The position numbers were made by a program, and so were the translations under genes. 58,284 nt of DNA from Candidatus Enterousia sp. (GTDB lineage Bacteria; Pseudomonadota; Alphaproteobacteria; Rs-D84): assembly GCA_045530935.1 (NCBI GenBank), contig JAZSDC010000031.1, positions 1 through 58,284 of the forward strand, written 5' to 3'. Below are positions 8,826 through 19,837 of the stretch, in pieces. Each line of letters starts with the position of its first letter. Position 1 is the first letter of the stretch. The notes below the pieces were generated by a model. The model was not told where the DNA came from, ran no database searches, and was given only the letters and a program-made list of their open reading frames with translations.

Positions 8826-11094
8826 AAAGGATATGACGTTTATTATTAACATCTGGCGCAGAAACAATCCCATCTTGTTCCATACGTTCCATAAACCCAG
8901 CCGCCTTGTTATATCCAATCTGCAAGCGCCGCTGAATATATGAAATTGTTGGTTTTTTATCACGAATAACACATTCTTTGGCGCGTTCATACAAATCAGC
9001 TTCTTTATCCCCACTGCCGCCACTTGGAATTGCCCCCGGCAAACCTGCAAGATCTCCCGCACCTTCGGAATCAGTAACGCCATCAGCATATTCTGGTTCA
9101 CCCTGACTGCGCAAGAAGTTACCAATCTGGGTTAATTCTTTATCATCAATAAACGCCCCGTGTATACGAACAGGCACGCGTCCTGCCTCGCTAAACAGCA
9201 TATCACCCATTGCCAGCAACTGTTCTGCACCACCTTCACCCAGACACGTTACACTGTCGATACGACTGCGCGCCTGGAATGAAATACGCGTTGGGAAGTT
9301 CGCCTTGATAACACCTGTAATTGTTGTTGCATCTGGTCGCTGTGTCGCCATAACCAAGTGAATACCTGCTGCACGCGCTTTCTGTGCGATACGCTGAACA
9401 CACGCTTCCACATCTTTACGGGCCAAGCTCATCAAATCCGCTACCTCGTCAATAATAATGACCATATACGGCATATCAGACAAATTAATTTCCTGGGTTT
9501 CGAATAACAATTCACCTGTTTCTGGATCTGTACCAACGGCAACCTGTTTGGTCAACTTTTCCCCAGCCGCACGTTTTTGTGCCGCAATTTCATTATAACT
9601 TTCAATATTGCGCGCATTCAGAAGCTGTAATTGTTTATAGCGCTCTTCCATTTCACGCACCGCCCACTTCAGCGCATTTACCGCAGGTTCTGGTTCCAAT
9701 TTAACAATTGGCGTAATCAAATGTGGAATATCGTCCCAGAATCCAAAATCAACACCCTTTGGGTCAATAATAATCAACTTACATTTATCTGGGGTGAAAT
9801 GATAAACGATTGAGGTAATAATAGATTGAACAAACACAGACTTACCAGATCCTGTACGTCCTGCAACCAACATATGTGGCATTTTTGCCAAATCGAAATA
9901 CATTGGATTTCCACCGATATCAACCCCCAACGCCAATGGTATTTTATACTTGGTATTTACAAACAATTCATCTTCCATCAAACCACGGTATCGCACTGTT
10001 TGCCGCTTGGCATTAACCATTTCAACGCCAATCAATTGCGTACATGGGATATGTGCAATACGAATACTTTCTGTTGCCATTGCGCGCGTCATATCTGTTA
10101 CAGTTTTGCTAACATCTGCCATACGCGTACCATCATCTGGCATGAATTCATATAACGTTACAATTGGTCCTGGTTTAATTCCGACAACCTTGCCACGCAC
10201 GCCATATTGTGCAAACTTTACCTCCATACTACGTGCATTTTGTTTCAGTTCAGGGGTTACTACATATTTACTAAAATTAGAACGTTCCAATAATTTTGTA
10301 TCTGGCAAACGAAACACAGACCCCGCCTTAACTTTCTTTGGCACAGATGCCACCGCAGGCGTTGACGCACTCGCCACCTTTGCAGACTTACGCCCCAACA
10401 AACCGCGCCTATTTTTTTTCTCGCCCTGTTGTTTTTCAGCTTTTTCCGCACCTTCTGCCAGCTGTTCTTCACTCTGCCTGTAATCTGTGTCCACTGCACA
10501 CACAGGCTGAACCAAATGGAACGCAGTTCCCAACCAACGCAACCAACGCCATGCGATTCTTGCCACTAAACGCAAATGAGAAATTTTCACATGCAACAAT
10601 GCGCCCGCCATCCACACAAACCCCAGCAAAGCCAACACCCCAACAAACACCCCAATCTTTCCTGCAATCAATTCCAAATCGTGCCCTGCAATAACACCGA
10701 ACACGCCACCATATGTCATTGCTGGGAAAACAGCACCGAATCCGATTGCCCCCAAACACACAGTAATAAATACACGTAAAAAATTATATTCTGGCGTTTC
10801 ACTTATTTCTAATCCCACCATCTTAATCAATCCCCAACGCGCAAAACATAACACTAAAAACAATCCCGGAATAACACCAACCGCATAACGAATTGCACCA
10901 ACACACACACCCATTACAGATTGATTACCAAGTGTACTGGACACCGCAAACCCATCCAAATAAGGGTTATAAAACAACAACGCAAATGTTGCCCAAACGC
11001 CCAATAAAAAAACCACAGCGCCCAAAACACGAGACGCTAAATTCTTTAACATTCCAGAAACACTATCTGGTAAAAATTTAGATTTTCCTGCCAT
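8824..11094 (-). CDS. ftsK: DNA translocase FtsK
   Basis: N-terminal TM segments; PHMLVAGRTGSGKS Walker A; IIDEVADLM; LVMATQRP; gamma domain SYIQRRLQIGYNKA. Confidence 0.97.
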   Translation of the reverse strand: MAGKSKFLPDSVSGMLKNLASRVLGAVVFLLGVWATFALLFYNPYLDGFAVSSTLGNQSVMGVCVGAIRYAVGVIPGLFLVLCFARWGLIKMVGLEISETPEYNFLRVFITVCLGAIGFGAVFPAMTYGGVFGVIAGHDLELIAGKIGVFVGVLALLGFVWMAGALLHVKISHLRLVARIAWRWLRWLGTAFHLVQPVCAVDTDYRQSEEQLAEGAEKAEKQQGEKKNRRGLLGRKSAKVASASTPAVASVPKKVKAGSVFRLPDTKLLERSNFSKYVVTPELKQNARSMEVKFAQYGVRGKVVGIKPGPIVTLYEFMPDDGTRMADVSKTVTDMTRAMATESIRIAHIPCTQLIGVEMVNAKRQTVRYRGLMEDELFVNTKYKIPLALGVDIGGNPMYFDLAKMPHMLVAGRTGSGKSVFVQSIITSIVYHFTPDKCKLIIIDPKGVDFGFWDDIPHLITPIVKLEPEPAVNALKWAVREMEERYKQLQLLNARNIESYNEIAAQKRAAGEKLTKQVAVGTDPETGELLFETQEINLSDMPYMVIIIDEVADLMSLARKDVEACVQRIAQKARAAGIHLVMATQRPDATTITGVIKANFPTRISFQARSRIDSVTCLGEGGAEQLLAMGDMLFSEAGRVPVRIHGAFIDDKELTQIGNFLRSQGEPEYADGVTDSEGAGDLAGLPGAIPSGGSGDKEADLYERAKECVIRDKKPTISYIQRRLQIGYNKAAGFMERMEQDGIVSAPDVNNKRHIL

Positions 11095-11160
11095 AATGCA
11101 ACATATTTTATCATAAAATTCATAAAAATTCAGGCGATAAATTTTAATCGCCTGTAATTT

Positions 11161-11841
11161 TTATTTTTTCAACAAATTTCCTTTGACTATATCTGCAAAC
11201 ACCATACCAATAAAGGCACCAAATATAACATCGGACGGCCAATGTGCCCCAACTGCCACACGTGATACCCCAATTAAAATAGCCAAGGTCCATGTTAATA
11301 CCTTAAATCTGGGTGCCAGCATTCCAATCATAACCAACCCCGCAAAACTGACCGCCGTATGTCCAGATGGCATCGAATTAAACGCCCAATCTAATGATGG
11401 TGGGAAAAAACCCGTCATATCCAAGGCTTCAAAAAATATTGGTCTGGCACGTCCAATAAATATTTTTAATATTTTTACAATAATCCCCGCACCCAGCACA
11501 CTATAAAAAATCAAAAAAGCATTATTTGTTTTCGTTCTGACAAAAAAGTTCTTAATAAAAACAAAAAAATTTTTTTTGCCCAATGGATTTAAAAAGCTGC
11601 AATCTGTTTTCAAACACTTTTTCGCACAAAAACAAACCGCTGCGATAAATACCGAAATAATCCATACATGAGCTGCGAAAACAGTATCAAACCATTCCCA
11701 CAGCACGCAATCAAAAACACGCAAAAACACAAACACAGGTTTATCAAACCAAAAAACACCAAGAAACACCAAAACAGCTGTAATCAATGCGCCCCATCCC
11801 ATTTTGCGCCACTTAATCTGATTATCCTTTGTTAAAAACAT
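11161..11841 (-). CDS. PAP2-family membrane phosphatase (LpxE/PgpB-like)
   Basis: KIFIGRARP, PSGH and SRVAVGAHWPSDV motifs; start set at ATG 11841. Confidence 0.88.
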   Translation of the reverse strand: MFLTKDNQIKWRKMGWGALITAVLVFLGVFWFDKPVFVFLRVFDCVLWEWFDTVFAAHVWIISVFIAAVCFCAKKCLKTDCSFLNPLGKKNFFVFIKNFFVRTKTNNAFLIFYSVLGAGIIVKILKIFIGRARPIFFEALDMTGFFPPSLDWAFNSMPSGHTAVSFAGLVMIGMLAPRFKVLTWTLAILIGVSRVAVGAHWPSDVIFGAFIGMVFADIVKGNLLKK

Positions 11842-11863
11842 ATCCACACCCCCATCAATATAA

Positions 11864-13369
11864 TTATTCAGCAATCAGCCGATTATAAATTTTCTTATTT
11901 GTTAGAATCTTTGCAGCCACCGCCATAGATAACGCATCTTCATCGGCACCACTGGTAATAACAGGACATCCCTTGCGAACATCCTCTAAATTTAAATCTG
12001 TCTTGTTATTAAAATCTTGTGCACGGAAATCATCATTTATAATATTCAAAAAGAACGCATCTTGATGCTGACGGCTTCTAATATTTGACAAGCATACAAT
12101 TGGAAACAGACCACGACCATCAATGGCGCGTCCCTGCCCTGTTTTGATTGATTTATTTAACAGTTCTAATGCCCCACCATTACTTAAATCTATAGTTGAA
12201 ACAATGCGTGCAGCCCCTGCTGTCGGTGTTCCAACTAAAACGCCACGCTGATTTTCATAAAACGCAGCCACGATTGCTTCGGCGGTACCACGTGTCATAT
12301 TTGACATCAAAACAACAACAGGCACATCTGTCACCGCATCTCCACCTGGCACAACTTCGACTTCATCCTTGGCTGTTTCAACTATCCGCATAACAGGCTT
12401 TGCCCCAATGAATAAACCCGCCAACTTTGCTGCCGCCCGCTCATCATCACCAGTTGCTGACCGCAAATCTAAAACAATACCTGTTGCATCCGAATAATGC
12501 GCCAATGCTTCATTAATAATATTAACCGCACCTTCAGAAATCTTATGCACCACAAATTCCAGCAATCCACCACCATCAGGTTCACTACGATAAATAACAT
12601 CTACATCTGCCAAAATAATCGTTGCGCGTCGCAATACAACATCCTTGTTACCAGATGGGGTTAATAATTTTATCTTTGCCGTTCCAGAATTAAACCCTGT
12701 CATAACATCTGCCAGTTCATCATCTGTCATATTACGAACGTCACGACCATTAATCTGCGCAATTAAATCCCCTTCACTAATCCCTGCAGTATCAGCAGGC
12801 GCCCCCTTATAAATCCCCGTCACACGAAAGTTACCACGTTCATCACGTCCACCTTCGATACCGACACTGGTCAAGATTCGTCCATCTTCTGCAATTTCTG
12901 CTTCTTTTGAAAACACATAACGTCCATTTTCATCAACCCCACGCACCAGACTATCAACAACAACCTGATACATTTCATTTTCGCTTAAACTGCGCAAACG
13001 CGAATCATGCGCACGCATTTTTAAAATCAATGCAGTTGTGATTTCACCAAACCCCTTCCAATCTTTTGGCTCTGGACGTGGAAAATTCGCGATAATCGAA
13101 TCACCCCAAACCAAAACAACACGTTCATCAGTGGCTGCAATATGTGCCGATTTATTCAGTTTTTCTAAACTTTCAATCGCAACATTCAGGTTTTTTCCAC
13201 CCCAATTCACATCATCTAATTTCTCATAAATTTCTGCGAAAGTTTCAGAAACTTCAAAAACACGCAATCCGTCCTGCACAGGTTCATCTTTAAAAAACAA
13301 ACCTTCTGCATGGCATGGCATCACCCCCAGGATTAATGTTATAAAAACCAAGAATTTTTTTATTCCCAT
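11864..13369 (-). CDS. S41/CtpA-like PDZ protease homologue, catalytic residues apparently lost
   Basis: Signal peptide; PDZ domain (GAPADTAGISEGDLIAQING); VLDLR; the expected SASASE reads TRGTAE and TFGKG reads TAGAA. Confidence 0.8.
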   Translation of the reverse strand: MGIKKFLVFITLILGVMPCHAEGLFFKDEPVQDGLRVFEVSETFAEIYEKLDDVNWGGKNLNVAIESLEKLNKSAHIAATDERVVLVWGDSIIANFPRPEPKDWKGFGEITTALILKMRAHDSRLRSLSENEMYQVVVDSLVRGVDENGRYVFSKEAEIAEDGRILTSVGIEGGRDERGNFRVTGIYKGAPADTAGISEGDLIAQINGRDVRNMTDDELADVMTGFNSGTAKIKLLTPSGNKDVVLRRATIILADVDVIYRSEPDGGGLLEFVVHKISEGAVNIINEALAHYSDATGIVLDLRSATGDDERAAAKLAGLFIGAKPVMRIVETAKDEVEVVPGGDAVTDVPVVVLMSNMTRGTAEAIVAAFYENQRGVLVGTPTAGAARIVSTIDLSNGGALELLNKSIKTGQGRAIDGRGLFPIVCLSNIRSRQHQDAFFLNIINDDFRAQDFNNKTDLNLEDVRKGCPVITSGADEDALSMAVAAKILTNKKIYNRLIAE

Positions 13370-13401
13370 ATTTCCCCCCTGTTTGTGACGCCATTTCGTA
13401 A

Positions 13402-14265
13402 CTATTTATCTGTTTCACGCAAATTAAAATGATACAATATAATATTAGAAATATACATACTTGTAAACGTGCCCATAATAACACTAAAGCCCATTGCATA
13501 TGCAAATTCACGCAACAATTGTCCACCAAATATTGCCAAACCTATCATCGCCAATAAAGTAGAAACACTGGTCAACATTGTACGACGCAACATTTCATTT
13601 ACAGACAAATCAATCAATTCACCCATTGGCATTTTGTGATATCTTTTAACGTTTTCATCGATTCTATCATAATTAACAATTTTATCGTTAATCGAATATC
13701 CAATACCCGTCAAAATAACTGCAATTGCCGTCTGATTAAATTCCAGACCTGTAACTGAATAAAAACCAAACATCAACACAAAGTCCAAGAACAATGAACA
13801 GAATGCACCAACTGCATAACCGCCTTTGTATCGAATCCAAACATAGATAGCCATCATGATAAACGCAAACAGTATCGCCAATATACCACCACGCACCAAT
13901 TCGCCACCAATTTTTGGTCCAACAATTTGAACTTGTTCATACTGAACATTATCACCCAGAATATTCTTTATTTCACCGACACGTTCATTTTGCTGGGCAT
14001 CCGTTGATCCTTTTGGTAACCCAACACGTATCAATATCGCATTACCATCAACTTCCTGCAATTCTGGTTTAAAACCGCTTAATACTTCACGCATTTGTTC
14101 AATACCGAAATCTTGAACAATTGGTTTGACTTCCATTGCGATACCACCAGAAAAGTCGATACCATAATTCAACCCACGAACAAATAATGACAATACCGAC
14201 ATCAGGATAAAAAACCCAGAAACAATGTACGATATTTTACGATATTTCATAATCTGCAATTTCAT
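13402..14265 (-). CDS. secF: Protein translocase subunit SecF
   Basis: GLNYGIDFSGG, VGPKIG, GYSINDKIVNYDRIDEN, RTMLTS. Confidence 0.95.
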   Translation of the reverse strand: MKLQIMKYRKISYIVSGFFILMSVLSLFVRGLNYGIDFSGGIAMEVKPIVQDFGIEQMREVLSGFKPELQEVDGNAILIRVGLPKGSTDAQQNERVGEIKNILGDNVQYEQVQIVGPKIGGELVRGGILAILFAFIMMAIYVWIRYKGGYAVGAFCSLFLDFVLMFGFYSVTGLEFNQTAIAVILTGIGYSINDKIVNYDRIDENVKRYHKMPMGELIDLSVNEMLRRTMLTSVSTLLAMIGLAIFGGQLLREFAYAMGFSVIMGTFTSMYISNIILYHFNLRETDK

Positions 14266-14285
14266 AATACTTCCCCTTTGCACGT

Positions 14286-15848
14286 TTATTTTTTACCGCC
14301 AACAAAACCGATTTTTTTATTTTTGCCGTTCATATACCAATCGACCATAACCCTTGTCAACCAAACACAGGTAAACAATGTTGTCAAAATACCAATCGAC
14401 AACGTAACCGCAAAACCACGAATCGGCCCGGCCCCAAATTGGAACAACACCAAACCACAAATCAACGTCGTTAAATTTCCGTCCAATACGGCCTTCATTG
14501 CACGGTCAAACCCCATGCTGACAGCACGTAACGGCGTTGAACCCGACTTTATTTCATCACGAATACGTTCAAACGGCAACACATTTGCATCCACCGCCAT
14601 CCCCAGTGTCAGCACAATACCCGCGATACCAGGCAACGTCAAAGTCGCACCAAACAACGCAGTTAATCCAACAATCATCCCCAAATTTACCATCAGTGAT
14701 ATTGCTGCAATTATACCAAATCCACGATACACCATCAGCAAGAAGATAAATATCAATAACACACCTGCAACCGCGCCAATTTTTCCCCCTGCAATTGTAT
14801 CGGCCCCCAGTCCCGCACCAACAACACGCTCTTCAATAACCTGCAAAGGCGCAGGCAACGCCCCAGACCGCAATAGTACCGCCAAATCTTTTGCCCCCTG
14901 CAATGTAAAGCCACCAGAAATTTGACCACGTCCACCTGGGATTGGTTCACGAATAACCGGCGCAGACAAAACCTTGCCATCTAAAACGATTGCAAAACGT
15001 TCATTAACATGCTCGGTCGTCAGTTTTGCAAAACGACGTGCGCCCGCTGCATCAAACACAGTTGAAACAACCGGCATATTATTTTGGTCAAAATCAGCCT
15101 GGGAATCCTTTAAAGACTCTCCCGAAACCTCTACACGCGAATACACTGGCACAACCTGCCCTGGGGTATCCATATATGGCAAAAATTGCGTACCATTTGG
15201 TGCACGTCCTGATGCAATCTGCTCTGACGTAACATTTTCATTAACCAGATGGAACGTCATCTTTGCGGTCTGCCCAATCAATTCCTTGATTCTTTCTGGA
15301 TTATCAACCCCTGGCAATTGTACCAATATGTACTTTCCACCCTGACTTTGAATCGAAGGCTCTTTAGTCCCCAAAGCATCGATACGACGACGCACAATTT
15401 CAATACTGCGCGCCAAAGCATCTTTAATCATTTCTTGTTTTTGCTTTTCAGAATACTGCAAAGTAATTGTCTTGTCATCAGATGTTATATCCACCGTACC
15501 TGCAAAAGCACTTTTCAAGCGTCCCTTGGCATCCGAAACTTCATTTTCATCGCGCACTACCAACGACACAACCCCATCATGATTGCGCAAATTTGAAAAA
15601 CGAATAACACCTTTTTTTCTATCAATCATATTGACACGAACTTCATCATACAGCTGTGCCGCTTTTTCTTTTAACATTGTGTCCGTATCAACTTCCAACA
15701 ACAACTGCGCCCCACCTTTTAAGTCCAACCCCAATGGCACAGGCTTAATCCATGTTGGGAAATATGGTGCTGCACTTGGCATAATGGTTGGCACAGCCAA
15801 CAACACACAAAACACCGCTGTAAATACAATTGCCAATTTTTTAAACAT
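14286..15848 (-). CDS. secD: Protein translocase subunit SecD
   Basis: LGLDLKGG, RRIDALG, LRSGALPAPL, GMAVDANVLPFERIRDE. Confidence 0.97.
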   Translation of the reverse strand: MFKKLAIVFTAVFCVLLAVPTIMPSAAPYFPTWIKPVPLGLDLKGGAQLLLEVDTDTMLKEKAAQLYDEVRVNMIDRKKGVIRFSNLRNHDGVVSLVVRDENEVSDAKGRLKSAFAGTVDITSDDKTITLQYSEKQKQEMIKDALARSIEIVRRRIDALGTKEPSIQSQGGKYILVQLPGVDNPERIKELIGQTAKMTFHLVNENVTSEQIASGRAPNGTQFLPYMDTPGQVVPVYSRVEVSGESLKDSQADFDQNNMPVVSTVFDAAGARRFAKLTTEHVNERFAIVLDGKVLSAPVIREPIPGGRGQISGGFTLQGAKDLAVLLRSGALPAPLQVIEERVVGAGLGADTIAGGKIGAVAGVLLIFIFLLMVYRGFGIIAAISLMVNLGMIVGLTALFGATLTLPGIAGIVLTLGMAVDANVLPFERIRDEIKSGSTPLRAVSMGFDRAMKAVLDGNLTTLICGLVLFQFGAGPIRGFAVTLSIGILTTLFTCVWLTRVMVDWYMNGKNKKIGFVGGKK

Positions 15849-15870
15849 ACCCACTACCTTTATTTACCCT

Positions 15871-16182
15871 TTATTCTACGGACGCCACTGCATTTTTTAT
15901 AACTTCGACAACAACGCCCTCTGCGACTTCCACTTCCAAGGTTTTTTCATTTATTTTTTTGACAGTGCCATAAATCCCCGCAGCCATCACACGACTACCA
16001 ACCTTCAAAGAATCTAACATTTTTTGATATTCTGCCATCCGTTTTTTATTTGGTCGAACAATCGCCACATAAATTACAAGGCATGCAACAATTAAATATA
16101 AAATCAACCCTGTCAACCCACCTTGCTGGGGCACAGGTGTCGCTTGTGTAACTGTTTCTACAACTTCTGCTGTTTGTTCCAT
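15871..16182 (-). CDS. yajC: Preprotein translocase subunit YajC
   Basis: AAGGAG SD before ATG 16182; one TM segment, then VRPNKKR...SLKVGSRV..AGIYGTV; lies upstream of secD. Confidence 0.92.
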   Translation of the reverse strand: MEQTAEVVETVTQATPVPQQGGLTGLILYLIVACLVIYVAIVRPNKKRMAEYQKMLDSLKVGSRVMAAGIYGTVKKINEKTLEVEVAEGVVVEVIKNAVASVE

Positions 16183-16290
16183 CAGATTTCTCCTTACTTT
16201 AACAAGGGCACAATAATAAATAAACCCATAAAAGTAAAGAAAAATAAACATTGACCAAAAAATTTAACGGCCATATATCAATAAGATTTT

Positions 16291-18045
16291 TTACAATCGT
16301 TCAAACCAAGTGTCTATTTCTGAGATTGGTATTATTTTATAGACCGGTCTGCCATGATTACACTGCCCTGCACGTTCTGTACGTTCAATATCACGCAACA
16401 AAGCATCCATCTGAATTAAATCTAATTTCTGTCCCGCCCTAACAGAATGATGGCACGCATAATTTGCCAATTTTAAATGCAGTTTTTCATTCAACTGTGA
16501 TGAATGACCGTTTGCTCGAACTTCTTCTGCAACGCTGCGCAACACATCCACCCAGTTCATATCCCAATCTGCGGGCTTTTCAAAAATTGCAACAGCGTTT
16601 TCGCCAAATTCTCCAACCAATAATCCAGATTTTTTTAATTCATCGGCAATAGAAATAACCGCTTCCAAATCTTCTAAACGCAAATTTACAACAATTGGGG
16701 TTAATAATGGCTGAGTTTTCATTTTATTTGCACGTAATTTTTCATACGTTATACGTTCATGTGCGGCATGTTGATCAACAACAATCATATTATCTTCTTT
16801 TTGCGCAATAATATATTTATTCGCCACCTGTCCTATGACATGCCCCAATGGCATATCTATGATATCAGACACATACTTTTCTTCATTTTTATATTTAACA
16901 TTTGCATCTTCACGCACACGCGTAATCAAAGAATTTTCTTCAAATATACGCGGCATATTTGGGACAACATTATCACAAACCCGAAACACATCCTGTTTTA
17001 TACCAAAATCAAATTTTGACGCCACAGGGACCGTCTGCATCACCACAGTTTTTTCTGGCGCACGTGCCACAACCATTGTTTTAGCCAATCTATCACGCAA
17101 TGTCTTGATTATAAAGGAACGCACATGTGCAGGTTCCAAGAAATGCACTTCTGTTTTTGCAGGCGATACATTAACATCAACGGCATTTGTTGGCACCGTT
17201 AAATACAGTGCGCACAGTGGAAATTCACGTGCATGCATAACATCCATATACGCTGCCCGCAATGCACCGACCAAAACTTTATCTTTAACCGGACGCCCAT
17301 TTACAAACAAGAATTGGTCCACACTGGACGCGCGTCGCAATGTTGGTTCTGATATATATCCAGTCAATTTCATATCCGCATTTGATTTTGATACCGCGTT
17401 AATTTCCAACATACGCCCTGCGACCTCTTCTCCCATAACAGACTCTATTCGCGACAACAAATCTTCATCTTTTGAAAAACGCCACTTATTATTTAATGTA
17501 AAACCAACATCGCTGCGTGCCATTGCCAAACGTTTTACCACTTCCAACACAGACATCATTTCCGCCCGGTCGCCACGCAAAAATTTCAATCGCGCAGGTG
17601 TTTTGGCAAACAAATTCTGAACCCGAATACGCGTTCCACTTTCCCAATCAGACGGTCTAATTTCACCAGACGCAGCATTAATTTGCCAACCATTTTCATC
17701 CACGCCATTACACGTATCAATTGTCATATCAGACACAGATGCAATTGACGGCAATGCTTCGCCACGGAACCCCATGAAATTAATATTTAATAAATCATCA
17801 TCTGGCAATTTTGATGTTGCATGTCGCGTAATTGCCCGCGACAAATCATCACGCCCCATTCCACAGCCATTATCAATAACAGAGATTAATGTTCGCCCAC
17901 CATCTATTACATCAATCATTATCTGATCTGCACCTGCATCCAGCGCATTTTCCACCAATTCCTTTACCACACTTGCAGGACGCTCTACAACTTCACCGGC
18001 TGCAATTTGATTAATTAAAAATTCTGGCAACACACGAACAATCAT
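16291..18045 (-). CDS. mutL: DNA mismatch repair endonuclease MutL
   Basis: IAAGEVVERPASVVKELVEN, GFRGEAL, endonuclease motifs DQHAAHERITYE, ACHHS and CNHGRP. Confidence 0.97.
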   Translation of the reverse strand: MIVRVLPEFLINQIAAGEVVERPASVVKELVENALDAGADQIMIDVIDGGRTLISVIDNGCGMGRDDLSRAITRHATSKLPDDDLLNINFMGFRGEALPSIASVSDMTIDTCNGVDENGWQINAASGEIRPSDWESGTRIRVQNLFAKTPARLKFLRGDRAEMMSVLEVVKRLAMARSDVGFTLNNKWRFSKDEDLLSRIESVMGEEVAGRMLEINAVSKSNADMKLTGYISEPTLRRASSVDQFLFVNGRPVKDKVLVGALRAAYMDVMHAREFPLCALYLTVPTNAVDVNVSPAKTEVHFLEPAHVRSFIIKTLRDRLAKTMVVARAPEKTVVMQTVPVASKFDFGIKQDVFRVCDNVVPNMPRIFEENSLITRVREDANVKYKNEEKYVSDIIDMPLGHVIGQVANKYIIAQKEDNMIVVDQHAAHERITYEKLRANKMKTQPLLTPIVVNLRLEDLEAVISIADELKKSGLLVGEFGENAVAIFEKPADWDMNWVDVLRSVAEEVRANGHSSQLNEKLHLKLANYACHHSVRAGQKLDLIQMDALLRDIERTERAGQCNHGRPVYKIIPISEIDTWFERL

Positions 18046-18066
18046 AAATCCCCCCTGCGACCACAA

Positions 18067-18537
18067 TTACTCTTTAAACTTTACTTCTAAAATTTCATAT
18101 TCTTTTTCACCGCCTGGCAACTTAACAATACACGTATCACCGACACATCTCCCAATCATTGCACGTCCAACAGGCGACGTACACGAAATAACCGTACGTC
18201 CATCCGATTCGATATCAGACAAAATTCTACATTGCATTTTATTACCATCTTCATCTTCTGCGACAACACGCGCACCAAACACAACACGATTTCCAGACAA
18301 AGAATCTACGTCTATCACAACTGCATTTTCTATTATATTTTCAATAAATCTAATTCTGTTATCAATCTGACGCTGTTTTTCCTTGGCTGCGCTATAATCT
18401 GCGTTTTCAGACAAATCCCCCAACGAGCGCGCCCATTGAACAGTTTTCAAGATTTCCGGTCTTTGATTTTCCTTTAAATCTTTTAATTCTTTGATTAAAT
18501 TATCAAATCCTGTACGAGATATTGGCTTTTTTTCCAT
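18067..18537 (-). CDS. greA: Transcription elongation factor GreA/GreB family
   Basis: GDLSENADY and SPVGRAMIG; GreA versus GreB not firmly resolved. Confidence 0.85.
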   Translation of the reverse strand: MEKKPISRTGFDNLIKELKDLKENQRPEILKTVQWARSLGDLSENADYSAAKEKQRQIDNRIRFIENIIENAVVIDVDSLSGNRVVFGARVVAEDEDGNKMQCRILSDIESDGRTVISCTSPVGRAMIGRCVGDTCIVKLPGGEKEYEILEVKFKE

Positions 18538-18626
18538 TTTTACTTCCCTATTCTATATATCTGGCAGATTATACGCGTTCATTTTAATTTTGCAATTACG
18601 AAATTTCACTGTATAGTATACATAAT

Positions 18627-19685
18627 ATGTTTAGGCTAAATATCTTAACACGTTTTTTACTGCGCCGATTTTTTTCCGGCGTTGGTTTAGTTATGCTGGT
18701 TGTTTGTGGGATAATTTTGGCGGTAACATTTGTTGAACGCCTGCCGTCTAACTCTAATGCACTGGCTGCACTTTATGAATCATGGGTACGACTGCTAGAA
18801 TATGTACCAATGTTCTTGCCATTGGCTGTATTTATGGGAACCCTGCTGACATCATACACACTTACAAAATCCAGCGAAAGCATTATTGTATCCAGTGCAG
18901 GTCTTTCACCGTATCAATCTGCTCGTCCTTTTTTCATTGGGGCATTCATCATCGGTTTTTTCGCAACAACTGTAATCAACCCATATTCTGTCAGTATCAG
19001 CGCAAAAAACATAACCCCCGAACACTTGCAACTGATTGATAATAGAATCTGGTTACGTGAATCTTCAGATAACGGTTTTATCACAATGAACGCAGACGGG
19101 ATAAAAAAAATCGGCGAAACACTAACATTTGAAAACGCAACTATCTACACCCAAGACCAACAATTCAGATTAACCCACAGAATCCACGCAAACACTGTAA
19201 CATTATCTGATTCTGGTCTATCTGCAGACGATGCAACGATATGGAATGCAGATGGCACAACCCAACATTCTAATTGGCAATCAAAAACATTATTAACACC
19301 ACAAACAGTTCTGGACCGCTATCTACAACCGGACCAAATATCCTTTTGGCAATTACCCGAATTCATACGTCGCATGGAATCTATTGGGGCACCTGTACGT
19401 GGGCATCAAATTCAACTGTGGACATTATTGTTTTTACCATTAACCATGATATCTATGGCCGCCCTAGGTGTTGCGTTTTCTCAAACAAAACAACGCCGGA
19501 ATTACAGTTTTGGGACAAAATTTAGCCTGGGCATTGTAACATGTTTTGCACTATATTTCTTGATAAACATGTTTAATGCACTTGGTGCAACAGGCACACT
19601 GCCGCCAATACTATCCATAATCGCCCCCCCACTAATCATTATTGCAGGCGCTGGGATATTTATAACCAGTTTTGATACAATATAA
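18627..19685 (+). CDS. LptF/LptG-family LPS export permease
   Basis: Three TM + periplasmic beta domain + three TM layout; LPLAVFMGTLL...SESIIVSSAGLS motif. Confidence 0.85.
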   Translation: MFRLNILTRFLLRRFFSGVGLVMLVVCGIILAVTFVERLPSNSNALAALYESWVRLLEYVPMFLPLAVFMGTLLTSYTLTKSSESIIVSSAGLSPYQSARPFFIGAFIIGFFATTVINPYSVSISAKNITPEHLQLIDNRIWLRESSDNGFITMNADGIKKIGETLTFENATIYTQDQQFRLTHRIHANTVTLSDSGLSADDATIWNADGTTQHSNWQSKTLLTPQTVLDRYLQPDQISFWQLPEFIRRMESIGAPVRGHQIQLWTLLFLPLTMISMAALGVAFSQTKQRRNYSFGTKFSLGIVTCFALYFLINMFNALGATGTLPPILSIIAPPLIIIAGAGIFITSFDTI

Positions 19686-19702
19686 AAACAAGGAATATTA
19701 GC

Positions 19703-19837
19703 ATGCCGATAAAAAAGAAGAAAAAATCTAGATTTCCTAAAATATTAATGTGGATGTTAATTATGATTGTACTGGCATTAATGATAATATCATTTTCAAC
19801 CACACAGCACATGACAGAAATCGTGGTATACCCATAA
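19703..19837 (+). CDS. 44-aa single-TM membrane peptide coupled to xerD
   Basis: AAGGA SD; MPIKKKKKSRFPKILMWMLIMIVLALMIISFSTTQHMTEIVVYP; its TAA overlaps the xerD ATG (TAATG). Below the ORF-track size cutoff. Confidence 0.7.
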   Translation: MPIKKKKKSRFPKILMWMLIMIVLALMIISFSTTQHMTEIVVYP

